Shown here piece after piece: positions 8,101 to 15,980 of a DNA stretch of 32,486 bases (its first letter is position 1; each line of letters opens with the position of its first letter). Below the pieces are notes generated by a model that was given only the letters and a program-made list of their open reading frames with translations, was not told where the DNA came from and ran no database searches. The position numbers and the translations under genes are program-made. This stretch comes from a virus (lineage: Duplodnaviria > Caudoviricetes), in the IMG/VR virus record IMGVR_UViG_3300042318_000332, positions 1 through 32,486 of that record. One strand, written 5' to 3'.

Positions 8101-8944
8101 TCTGTCCCGTGCGTGGGGTGGTGTGCTTACCAAGGCAACACCACTACCTGACGTATGGACTGGCTTAGCTGCCAAGCAGATTAAGTTCAGGCGTGGGCAA
8201 GTATGTATGGTTGCAGCAGCACCTAATGCTGGTAAGTCAATGTTCGCATTGATCTATGCAATCAAAGCACAAGTGCCTACACTTTTCTTCTCTGCCGATA
8301 CTGATACAACTACCGTGATGATGAGAGCAGCTTCTCATACATCAGGTCACTCACAGGTTACTGTTGAGAACAACTTGGCTGGCGACAGTCATTACTACAA
8401 CCATCACTTCCAGAAGATTGACCACATCAAATGGGTCTTTGATTCATCACCTTCAATAGATGATCTTGAACTTGAGATAAGAGCGTACGTAGAACTCTAC
8501 GGAATCGCACCGGAACTTATCATCATAGATAACCTAATGAACGTAGCAGCAGAGACAGATAATGAGTGGTCAGGACTACGTGCAATTATGATGGAGTTGC
8601 ACGATATGGCACGTAAGACTGAGGCTTGTGTAATGGTGTTACACCACGTCTCTGAGCAATCAGAGTATGGGTCTACCACTAAGCCACCAGCTAGACGTTC
8701 CATCCACGGTAAGGTCAGTCAGTTACCTGCGCTGATCTTAACTTTAGGATATGACCCAGGACAAGCAACCTTATCTGTTGCTGCTGTGAAGAACCGCTTT
8801 GGTCCACACACAGCTGATGCTTCTGATTATGCACAACTGCTAGTAAACTATGCAGCGTGTCAGATCGGTGACCAGAATGAGCAGGGTTGGATGTATAGAA
8901 GAGATGCAATGGCAAATTACCAAGGAGGTTACATTGTCCAATAG
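8087..8944 (+). CDS. DnaB/RecA-fold replicative helicase
   Basis: Walker A AAPNAGKS, Walker B LIIIDNL, VLHH and VKNRFGP motifs. Confidence 0.85.
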   Translation: MTLLNLSRAWGGVLTKATPLPDVWTGLAAKQIKFRRGQVCMVAAAPNAGKSMFALIYAIKAQVPTLFFSADTDTTTVMMRAASHTSGHSQVTVENNLAGDSHYYNHHFQKIDHIKWVFDSSPSIDDLELEIRAYVELYGIAPELIIIDNLMNVAAETDNEWSGLRAIMMELHDMARKTEACVMVLHHVSEQSEYGSTTKPPARRSIHGKVSQLPALILTLGYDPGQATLSVAAVKNRFGPHTADASDYAQLLVNYAACQIGDQNEQGWMYRRDAMANYQGGYIVQ

Positions 8945-9602
8945 CAATTTAGTTATTCTGCCTTCACGTAGCAGACCAGATAACGTAGAGCGTTGTATCA
9001 ATGCGCTGAAAGAGAACTCAGTTATATCTGATTTCTGTGTAGCAATTGATGATGACCAATCAGATCTTTACCCACGACTAGATGGTGTTATCTATGAAGT
9101 CAATCCAAGACTTCGTATGAATGGCACACTCAACCTTGTGGCTAACAAATATGCGAGTAAGTACAAGACTATCTACTTCCTTGGTGATGACCACTTGGTC
9201 AAGACTAAGAGCTGGGATAGACACTTGGCTGAAGCAATCAACATCAAGGGCTACGGTCTTGCCTATGGCAACGACCTGTTGCAAGGTAAGAACCTTGCTA
9301 CTGCTGTGATGATGAGTACCAACATCATTGAGATACTAGGATTTATGGCACCGCCTAAGTTGATTCACCTGTTTATGGATAACTTCTGGATGACACTGGG
9401 CTTGAAGATTAACTCACTGTATTACTTTGATGATGTCATCATTGAACATCTACATCCATACGCAGGTAAAGCTGAGATGGATGCAGGCTATGCTGATGCA
9501 AACTCAGAAGAGGTAGGCAGTGCAGACCAGAAAGAGTTTGTGCGTTACCTGAGTGAAGAGTTCGAGGATGACCTGAAGAAAGTGATGAAGTTAATCGGAT
9601 GA
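8934..9602 (+). CDS. GT-A fold (GT2-like) glycosyltransferase
   Basis: TTG start after AGGAGG; VILPSRSRP, FLGDDH (DxD-like), HLFMDN and IEHLHP motifs. Confidence 0.75.
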   Translation: MSNSNLVILPSRSRPDNVERCINALKENSVISDFCVAIDDDQSDLYPRLDGVIYEVNPRLRMNGTLNLVANKYASKYKTIYFLGDDHLVKTKSWDRHLAEAINIKGYGLAYGNDLLQGKNLATAVMMSTNIIEILGFMAPPKLIHLFMDNFWMTLGLKINSLYYFDDVIIEHLHPYAGKAEMDAGYADANSEEVGSADQKEFVRYLSEEFEDDLKKVMKLIG

Positions 9603-10456
9603 GAGTTTTAATTACAGGTAACGAAGGCTTCGTCGGTAAGTACTTTCACAAGCGCTTAGGCCCTGACCACAATGTAACTGGTATTGATATCAAGAAAGGT
9701 ATTGATTGCAGAGACTTCTTCAAGCGTGATGACAAAGAGTATGATCTTGTTATCCATCTAGCTGCTATCGTAGGTGGACGTGAGTCCATTGAAGGTAGAC
9801 CAATGGCTGTTGCTGATAACTTCAGCATTGACTCTGAGTTCTTTCAGTGGTGCTTGAAGACTAAGCCTAAGAAGATTGTTTACTTCTCATCTAGTGCTGC
9901 ATATCCTACGCATTACCAGCAGGGTAGCGAGGCTAAGAGATTACAAGAGTGGATGATTACACCTTCATCACCTAACGGTCCTGATATGACTTACGGTATG
10001 GCTAAGGTAATCGGTGAGTATCTTGCATCATTTGTAGAGAACGTTCATATCTTCAGACCATTCTCAGGTTACTCATACCTACAAGATACAAGTTATCCGT
10101 TCCCTATGTACATCAGACGTGCTGTTAAGAAGTCAGATCCGTTTGAAGTCTGGGGTCCAGGTACACAGACACGAGACTTTATTCATATCGAAGATATTGT
10201 TAGTGCAGTACTAACTGCTGTTGAGCAGGGCATTACTGGACCAATCAACCTTGGTACAGGTAGGTCAACATCCTTTACAGAACTGGCACAGATGTCTATG
10301 GATGCAGTCGGTTACAAGGGTGAGATACTTACTCGACCTGATAAACCAGTTGGCTGTATGCACCGTGTATCTGATAACACAAAGCTGCTCAGTTTCTACA
10401 CACCAAAGATTACTTTGGAAGCAGGAATCATTGAGGCGGTAACAGCACTTGGCTAA
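9599..10456 (+). CDS. NAD-dependent NDP-sugar epimerase/dehydratase (extended SDR)
   Basis: LITGNEGFVG Rossmann motif, IHLAA, YFSSSAAY, YGMAK (YxxxK), QTRDFIHIED. Confidence 0.92.
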   Translation: MRVLITGNEGFVGKYFHKRLGPDHNVTGIDIKKGIDCRDFFKRDDKEYDLVIHLAAIVGGRESIEGRPMAVADNFSIDSEFFQWCLKTKPKKIVYFSSSAAYPTHYQQGSEAKRLQEWMITPSSPNGPDMTYGMAKVIGEYLASFVENVHIFRPFSGYSYLQDTSYPFPMYIRRAVKKSDPFEVWGPGTQTRDFIHIEDIVSAVLTAVEQGITGPINLGTGRSTSFTELAQMSMDAVGYKGEILTRPDKPVGCMHRVSDNTKLLSFYTPKITLEAGIIEAVTALG

Positions 10457-10799
10457 CAAGAATGGACGCAAGGGTTCTGCTTTTGAAACAGATGTAATGA
10501 AGTGGCTCCGTAAATCTGGTGTCATTGCAGAACGTCTGACAAAAGCAGGCGCAAAGGATGAGGGCGATATGGTTGTTATCATATCGGGAGAAACCTATAT
10601 CCTTGAACTCAAGAACAGGCAGACACTATCTCTGCCGGAGTTCTGGAGAGAAGCACAAGTTGAGGCGCTTAACTACGCCAAGGCACGTGGACTTGGGGAA
10701 GTCCCTATGTCTTATGTTGTAGTTAAGCGTCGCAACGCATCAATAGATCAAGCCTGGGTCATTCAAGACCTAGCACAATGGATTAAGGAGAAACAGTAA
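10449..10799 (+). CDS. Holliday junction resolvase (Hjc-type PD-(D/E)XK)
   Basis: RKGSAFE, DEGD and ILELKN motifs. Confidence 0.8.
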   Translation: MANKNGRKGSAFETDVMKWLRKSGVIAERLTKAGAKDEGDMVVIISGETYILELKNRQTLSLPEFWREAQVEALNYAKARGLGEVPMSYVVVKRRNASIDQAWVIQDLAQWIKEKQ

Positions 10800-10966
10800 T
10801 GCCAGTACCAGGTGGAGAAGTTAGTACATCACAGATTTGGATGACACAAGCAAGTTCAGCAGAAGAACTTGATGCAATCATTGACAAACTTATTGAAGAG
10901 TCAGATGCTGAAGAAGCAACAGAAGAATATGTAGAGGGAACAGATGATTTGCCAGAACTGTCTTAA
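10799..10966 (+). CDS. 55-aa highly acidic protein
   Basis: MPVPGGEVSTSQIWMTQASSAEELDAIIDKLIEESDAEEATEEYVEGTDDLPELS*; TAATG coupling; RBS AAGGAG. Confidence 0.7.
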   Translation: MPVPGGEVSTSQIWMTQASSAEELDAIIDKLIEESDAEEATEEYVEGTDDLPELS

Positions 10967-11123
10967 AGGTGGAGAAGAGAACCAACTCAGTCACCTTAAA
11001 AGGTCTGAGCATTGGCACGGTAAGTGCGATTACAAGGGGTGCGTATGTCAACACAAGACTGGTCCAGGTCACGCAAAGCTAAAGGATACAAAGGTTCCGT
11101 TGATGCAAACGCAATCCCCATAA
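10944..11123 (+). CDS. 59-aa Cys/His-rich protein
   Basis: MICQNC...HWHGKC...CVCQH; GAGGG upstream. Confidence 0.6.
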   Translation: MICQNCLKGGEENQLSHLKRSEHWHGKCDYKGCVCQHKTGPGHAKLKDTKVPLMQTQSP

Positions 11124-11422
11124 GTCCTATTGTAAGTTACTTCGGTGGGGAAGTACGAGAGGGTAGAGAGGTAGCTGTGCGTTGTGTGATGCACGCTGAC
11201 TCACGTAGGTCTGCCTCTATGAATACAGATAAGAACCTTTACTTTTGTCAGACCTGTGGCAGAGGTGGCAATGCAGTGAACATAGTCTGCATACTAGAGA
11301 ACTTGGAGTTTAACGATGGCCTCAAACGCGCAATCGAAATTGCTACTGGAAGCGGCGCAACAATACGCTCAGGCAATAAGTCCAGAGGCGCTAGGCGTGC
11401 TAGCAGAACGTGGGATATCTGA
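11045..11422 (+). CDS. DNA primase CHC2 zinc-finger subunit
   Basis: RCVMHADSRRSAS...YFCQTCGRGGN. Confidence 0.8.
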   Translation: MSTQDWSRSRKAKGYKGSVDANAIPISPIVSYFGGEVREGREVAVRCVMHADSRRSASMNTDKNLYFCQTCGRGGNAVNIVCILENLEFNDGLKRAIEIATGSGATIRSGNKSRGARRASRTWDI

Positions 11423-11969
11423 GGTTGTAGCCTCACAGTTTATGTTAGGTGTGGTTACAAAACCTCACAATGGACACGAGATGTATGAGGGTTGGCTGTC
11501 AATACCTTACATCACTGCCTCTGGTTCCTGTGTAGGTTTCAAGTTTCGCAGGCTAGATGATGGCAAGCCTAAGTATGGATCTCCTACTGGGCAGAAGGCA
11601 CACCTGTATAACGTATGTGATATTACCTTGCAGTCACCACACATTGTGGTCTGCGAAGGTGAGTTAGATGCAGTAGTTACCAGTGGAATGCTAGGTATCC
11701 CAGCAGTCGGTGTACCTGGAGTTGCATCGTGGAAGCCACACTTCCCGAAGTTATTTAGTGGCTATGACACTATCTACATTGTCGGAGATAATGACATCAA
11801 AGAAGATGGTTCTAACCCTGGAGCTGAGTTTGCTAAGCGTGTGGCTAACGAGGTAATGAACTCAGTTATTGTTACACTACCACCAGGTATGGACATCAAT
11901 GACTACTACCTAGCCAACGGTGCAGATGCAACCAAGGCTTTGCTAGTAGGTGAACCGAAGGGTGAGTAG
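11316..11969 (+). CDS. DNA primase TOPRIM subunit
   Basis: LSIPY, FKFRRL, PKY, VCEGELDA, VGDND and GMDIND motifs. Confidence 0.88.
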   Translation: MASNAQSKLLLEAAQQYAQAISPEALGVLAERGISEVVASQFMLGVVTKPHNGHEMYEGWLSIPYITASGSCVGFKFRRLDDGKPKYGSPTGQKAHLYNVCDITLQSPHIVVCEGELDAVVTSGMLGIPAVGVPGVASWKPHFPKLFSGYDTIYIVGDNDIKEDGSNPGAEFAKRVANEVMNSVIVTLPPGMDINDYYLANGADATKALLVGEPKGE

Positions 11970-12078
11970 AGACGAATGGCTACAGATGGTACAGATTTTG
12001 CAGCATATGGGCTTCCAGATCCTAGAGATCAATATGGAAACCGAGACTATACTGCTTCGTCCTACGCCGACAAGATAG
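11962..12078 (+). CDS. possible 38-aa overlapping protein
   Basis: GTG-SRDEWLQMVQILQHMGFQILEINMETETILLRPTPTR*; start overlaps the end of the primase gene. Confidence 0.4.
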   Translation: MSRDEWLQMVQILQHMGFQILEINMETETILLRPTPTR

Positions 12079-12371
12079 ATGCAGCTTTTATTGCAGATGT
12101 CTGGCGTATTATGGACCAAGCTGGCAATCTACTGGTGCGTAAGCACCACGACTACGGTCCAAAGAACATTGCTCACTCACCAGGTGGACCACTTAATGGT
12201 CTGCGTGTGAGGATTTGGGATAAAGTAGCGAGAATAAACAATCTCTTGGACAATGGTGTGCAACCATCTAATGAATCTTTAAGAGATAGTTTTCTTGACT
12301 TGTTAAATTATTCAGCAATAGCAATGCTGGTTTTAGATGATGCTTGGCCAGAGATATCGGACAAGAAATGA
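11976..12371 (+). CDS. nucleotide modification-associated domain 1 (DUF1599-like, all-alpha NTP-PPase-like)
   Basis: LLVRKHHDYG...RIWDKVARINNL...ESLRDSFLDLLNY signature. Confidence 0.75.
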   Translation: MATDGTDFAAYGLPDPRDQYGNRDYTASSYADKIDAAFIADVWRIMDQAGNLLVRKHHDYGPKNIAHSPGGPLNGLRVRIWDKVARINNLLDNGVQPSNESLRDSFLDLLNYSAIAMLVLDDAWPEISDKK

Positions 12372-12787
12372 GCGATGGTCTAACAAGACAACAGCGTTAT
12401 TATCTTAAACATAAGGAACGTTTAGTTCAGGAAGCACGCGATAAGCGTGCTAAAGATCCAGAGAAGCATAAGAGTTATGTTCGTAAATGGAAATCAAAAA
12501 ATCCTGACAGAGAACGAGTACGTAATCTAGCTCAGTTTGGTTTAACTATTGAACAATATGATGCTATGCACGAAGCGCAGGGTGGAGTTTGTGCTATCTG
12601 TAAACAACCAGAAACGTCCAGTCGTGGTGGAAAGTTATACCGATTAGCGGTAGATCATAATCATAATACAGGCGAGGTGCGTGGTCTCCTTTGTTTTAAG
12701 TGTAACTCAGCTATGGGTTCATTTGAAAAACGTGGAGTTCCTTTGGAGAATGTAATTCGTTTTCTCGAAAGGGATACCAATGAATGA
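12368..12787 (+). CDS. endonuclease VII-family (His-Me) nuclease, possibly a free-standing homing endonuclease
   Basis: QGGVCAICKQPE...LAVDHNHNTGEVRGLLCFKCNSAMG; ATGA overlap with the upstream gene. Confidence 0.88.
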   Translation: MSDGLTRQQRYYLKHKERLVQEARDKRAKDPEKHKSYVRKWKSKNPDRERVRNLAQFGLTIEQYDAMHEAQGGVCAICKQPETSSRGGKLYRLAVDHNHNTGEVRGLLCFKCNSAMGSFEKRGVPLENVIRFLERDTNE

Positions 12788-12935
12788 GTTTGAAAAACTT
12801 GTGAATGAACTTAAGGGAGATGCCCCCAGCGTGGATGCTAGTTATCGTGACCCAGATAAAGCGTATTTCATAACGGCCACTGATATAAAATTTAATGCAA
12901 TTATTTTGAACGAATATCTACGAGGCAGGTTATGA
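12780..12935 (+). CDS. hypothetical 51-aa protein
   Basis: MNEFEKLVNELKGD...YLRGRL*; overlaps neighbours at both ends. Confidence 0.55.
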   Translation: MNEFEKLVNELKGDAPSVDASYRDPDKAYFITATDIKFNAIILNEYLRGRL

Positions 12936-13564
12936 CTGAACTACATCCAGTCGTCTACGACTTAGCACCTTCGGTAGCAGGAACTATCTACCGCAGGTAC
13001 AAGAACTATGTCGAACGTGATGACATCAAGCAGGAGTGTATGGCTTGGGCTATAGGTCGCTCTGCCTACATCAATCAACAGATGTTAGAACCTGATGAGG
13101 ATAAGCGTAAGCACAATGAGTCTCGCATCGCCTATCAGATGAGGCGTGTAGCAGAACGCTATGCTCGTAAAGAGAAGGCGTTAAAGTCCGGCTATCAAAC
13201 AGCAGATGAGGTCTACTACGAGAGTGCAAAGCTGGGACAGTTACTTCCCTTTGTTATTGCATCGGTGGTAGATGGAACAGTATTAGAACAGATACAACAG
13301 ATGATTCAGGATGGACAGCCAAAGGGTAAGTCTAGTCCATCAGAAGGTGGCGGTCTGCTTGCTACCTTAATTGATATCAAGCGTTGCTTCTTAAAGTTAG
13401 ATGTGCAAGATCAAACACTGCTACGCCTACGCCACTTCGATAACTACACACTGCAACAGATAGCAGGACAGTTAGAGTGCGCCGTATCTACCGCTGATCG
13501 CAGGTGCAACAACTCTCTACGTAAACTCATTGAACTATTGGGAGGACCCAGCCCGTGGCAATGA
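12932..13564 (+). CDS. sigma-70-like factor (region 4 HTH)
   Basis: ERDDIKQE region-2-like segment and C-terminal LRLRHFDNYTLQQIAGQLECAVSTADRR HTH. Confidence 0.7.
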   Translation: MTELHPVVYDLAPSVAGTIYRRYKNYVERDDIKQECMAWAIGRSAYINQQMLEPDEDKRKHNESRIAYQMRRVAERYARKEKALKSGYQTADEVYYESAKLGQLLPFVIASVVDGTVLEQIQQMIQDGQPKGKSSPSEGGGLLATLIDIKRCFLKLDVQDQTLLRLRHFDNYTLQQIAGQLECAVSTADRRCNNSLRKLIELLGGPSPWQ

Positions 13565-13944
13565 AAGAGATAGAACTATTTGAGTACCTGAAAGAGAGTC
13601 TGTACCCAGACCTTACCAAATCTGAGGGTATCTACGATTCCTTTGATTGTATCTCTGCTACTGCCGGTCACTACATAGAACTCAAGTGTCGCTATACACA
13701 CTATGACACACTGCTAATTGAAGAGATGAAGTATCGCAAGCTGATAACGCAGGCTGCTGAACGAGATCTTATCCCGTTCTACATCAACTCGACTCCGAAG
13801 GGAGTCTTTTCTTTTGACCTGATGGATGTACCTGAACCTGAGTGGTCAGTTGGTTGGATGCCAGCTACTACAGAGTTTGCACGCAACCACAAGATGGAGA
13901 AGTTAGTAGGTTACCTGCCTATTGATGAAGCGGTGCAGTTATGA
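13561..13944 (+). CDS. PD-(D/E)XK nuclease-like protein
   Basis: SFDC...YIELKCR...LLIEEMKY motif. Confidence 0.6.
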   Translation: MKEIELFEYLKESLYPDLTKSEGIYDSFDCISATAGHYIELKCRYTHYDTLLIEEMKYRKLITQAAERDLIPFYINSTPKGVFSFDLMDVPEPEWSVGWMPATTEFARNHKMEKLVGYLPIDEAVQL

Positions 13945-14114
13945 AGTATGATTACAAGTGTCCACAGTGCGATAGTAAATTAACTATTGAGCGTAGCATC
14001 CACGAGGATGCCAAAGATCCTGGTTGTTTTGTGTGCCACATAACTATGTCCCGTGTCTATGACGCGCCGGGTATTCAGTTCAAGGGTAGAGGGTTTTACT
14101 CTACTGGTGGATAG
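13941..14114 (+). CDS. FmdB-family zinc-ribbon protein
   Basis: MKYDYKCPQC...CFVC...MSRVY...IQFKGRGFYSTG. Confidence 0.85.
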   Translation: MKYDYKCPQCDSKLTIERSIHEDAKDPGCFVCHITMSRVYDAPGIQFKGRGFYSTGG

Positions 14115-14123
14115 TGTTATGAT
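14095..14123 (+). promoter_or_regulatory. sigmaA-type promoter driving a putative small RNA
   Basis: TTTACT-N17-TATGAT with an extended TG; no downstream ORF before the terminator. Confidence 0.5.
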
Positions 14124-14159
14124 TTATGCACTGGCAGGCACCCGCCTGTTGAGTGCTAG

Positions 14160-14200
14160 CAAAATACCCTCCACCAAACGGTGAAGGGTATTTTGTTTTG
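14160..14200. terminator. bidirectional terminator between convergent operons
   Basis: CAAAATACCCT...AGGGTATTTTG inverted repeat with A/T tracts on both sides. Confidence 0.8.
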
Positions 14201-14228
14201 CTAGGAAAGGGTTAGAAACCCAGCAAGA

Positions 14229-14702
14229 TTATTCAGTTTTTAGAAATAAAACCCAGTGTGTACCCATACGCTTACCTGATGGGTGTCCAATCACAGGCTT
14301 TTGATCTGTTAATTTTAAGATTTCTTTAAGCGGGATAGATACTTCGTTCCACTTAAAGATTAGTGTGCCGTTTGGCTTCAAGACTCTGAAGCACTCAGCA
14401 AAACCTTTTGTAATATCATCACTCCAGGTTTCTTTATCTAACACTCCATACTTCTTTCGCATCCAAGACTTCTCAGATAGGTTAAGCATATGTGGCGGGT
14501 CAAACACTACTGCCTGGAAAGACTCATCAGGGTATGGTATGTCCCTGAAATCCATTACTTCATCTGGTTTAATTTTAATAGTCTGCCCGTTGGTTAATAG
14601 GTGAGTCTCATCCTCTCGAATGTCACCGAATAAGACTCGTTCATCTGTCTTATCAAAGTAGAAGGATCTCATTGATGATGCTGGGTCTAGTATAAGTTTC
14701 AT
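14229..14702 (-). CDS. class I SAM-dependent (probably DNA amino-) methyltransferase
   Basis: ILDPASSMRSFYFDK, VVFDPPH and ECFRVLKPNGTLIFKW motifs. Confidence 0.8.
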   Translation of the reverse strand: MKLILDPASSMRSFYFDKTDERVLFGDIREDETHLLTNGQTIKIKPDEVMDFRDIPYPDESFQAVVFDPPHMLNLSEKSWMRKKYGVLDKETWSDDITKGFAECFRVLKPNGTLIFKWNEVSIPLKEILKLTDQKPVIGHPSGKRMGTHWVLFLKTE

Positions 14703-15122
14703 TCAGTACCAGCCGACTCGGTCTGAGTGTCTTTTAGCGCCGCAGAAACTGCCTCGATAGCGATGTTCAACGTATCGTACACCGCGAAGGATTTGTAATT
14801 CAGGTTGGCTACTACGTTCTCCAAGGAGCTGAGCAATTCCGTAAGCTGTTGATCTTGGGTTGTCTGCGAGGTGGTCAAGCCTGCTCTCACGGGTCCATAA
14901 GGCGATAGCACACTTGATTTGGTTGTCGTTGTAACCGAGTGCGTTGAGGAAACTAACTGTAAGTGCCTTGTTCTCACGCTTTTCCTCCATTGTTGCCTTT
15001 GTTCTTGCGACTACGCTTAGGTCTTTTGGCAGCTCTACTACGCTTTGGTCCGGAGCGAACGCCCATAGTAACGCTAACACGGGTATTACTAGCAACCCAA
15101 TTCTTACCTTTTGTTTGGTCAT
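14703..15122 (-). CDS. membrane-anchored lytic transglycosylase-like (lysozyme fold) protein
   Basis: N-terminal TM/signal; LWTRES...NPRSTAYGIAQLL...YVEHRY. Confidence 0.75.
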   Translation of the reverse strand: MTKQKVRIGLLVIPVLALLWAFAPDQSVVELPKDLSVVARTKATMEEKRENKALTVSFLNALGYNDNQIKCAIALWTRESRLDHLADNPRSTAYGIAQLLGERSSQPELQILRGVRYVEHRYRGSFCGAKRHSDRVGWY

Positions 15123-15258
15123 TGTCCTTCTCCTCCGCTAGCAAGTCTCTATACACGTTCGGATAGAGGTGAGACAGGCGCACTAACGCACGGTCTCTTG
15201 CTCGCCTATAGTTTCGATAATGAACTGCTTGCTTACCGCTTACCTCTTTACTCTCCAT
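14974..15258 (-). CDS. basic hypothetical protein
   Basis: RNYRRARDRALVRLSHLYP helical N-terminus; RBS GGAGG; overlaps the downstream gene by 149 nt. Confidence 0.6.
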   Translation of the reverse strand: MESKEVSGKQAVHYRNYRRARDRALVRLSHLYPNVYRDLLAEEKDNDQTKGKNWVASNTRVSVTMGVRSGPKRSRAAKRPKRSRKNKGNNGGKA

Positions 15259-15331
15259 TGATCTTGTCCTCCCACACTATCAGTACGTATGCTACCAGCA
15301 TTACTGAGATTATCCCTAGCCAGTACATCAT
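15248..15331 (-). CDS. 27-aa membrane peptide
   Basis: MMYWLGIISVMLVAYVLIVWEDKINGE*; ATGA coupling. Confidence 0.55.
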   Translation of the reverse strand: MMYWLGIISVMLVAYVLIVWEDKINGE

Positions 15332-15570
15332 AGGCTCGCTGCCCTTACTATCTCCGTGATGTCTAGCGTCTGCCCTACCAGGTGAGCGTCCTCCTCATCA
15401 CTATCCCACGCACTCACAAGCACACGAGAGTTAGCTGGTGCAAGGCTAAGCCATTGGATACACTGCTCAGCACTAGCCCCGCCCCACGTGTTAGAGCCAT
15501 CAGGCTCGACCACTTCATAGAATAGGATCAGATCCGACTTAGGCGGGTGAATTGTGTATACGTTACTCAC
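15328..15570 (-). CDS. hypothetical protein
   Basis: GTG start after GGAGGAGG; part of the coupled small-gene array. Confidence 0.7.
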   Translation of the reverse strand: MSNVYTIHPPKSDLILFYEVVEPDGSNTWGGASAEQCIQWLSLAPANSRVLVSAWDSDEEDAHLVGQTLDITEIVRAASL

Positions 15571-15721
15571 TCTCGTCCTCCTCCAAATTAAAGATACGTG
15601 ATAGGGCAAGGTTCGCCCTCTCTAGGTTCTTGATAGCGTTCGCTATCTCCTGCTGTTGTATGTCTATCTCAGCTTGATTAAGGCATAGGTCTACCTTAGC
15701 CTTTAGGTACTCTCTATTCAT
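15563..15721 (-). CDS. hypothetical coiled-coil protein
   Basis: MNREYLKAKVDLC...; RBS GAGGAGG; TAATG coupling. Confidence 0.7.
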   Translation of the reverse strand: MNREYLKAKVDLCLNQAEIDIQQQEIANAIKNLERANLALSRIFNLEEDESE

Positions 15722-15822
15722 TACGCTACCTCCTCTAAGTGGCAAGGACAAGAGCAAGCGTAGGTATCTTGCACACTATCCTCACATAATTGGTGTCTAT
15801 CTTGTACGCAGCTGCTATTCAT
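15721..15822 (-). CDS. 33-aa Cys/His-rich protein
   Basis: MNSSCVQDRHQLC...CSCPCH; TAATG coupling at both ends. Confidence 0.6.
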   Translation of the reverse strand: MNSSCVQDRHQLCEDSVQDTYACSCPCHLEEVA

Positions 15823-15980
15823 TATTCTCTCCCCCGCTTGTAGCCCAGTAAATAGTTATAGGTAGCGCATACACAATGATCCTGTAAGTAGTCCTGCGCC
15901 TTGTCGTAGGCATTGCCAGTTAATAACACACCAGCTTTACCCATAATTTGCTCTAGGTCTTGCAACTCGCAACTAATCAT
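15822..15980 (-). CDS. hypothetical 52-aa protein
   Basis: MISCELQDLEQIMGKAG...; RBS GAGGGAG. Confidence 0.6.
   Translation of the reverse strand: MISCELQDLEQIMGKAGVLLTGNAYDKAQDYLQDHCVCATYNYLLGYKRGRE

Noticed and set aside
14699-15359. ORFs 14699..14977 (-), 14944..15141 (+), 14963..15166 (+), 15111..15359 (+)
   Set aside because: Alternative-frame or antisense shadows of better-supported genes
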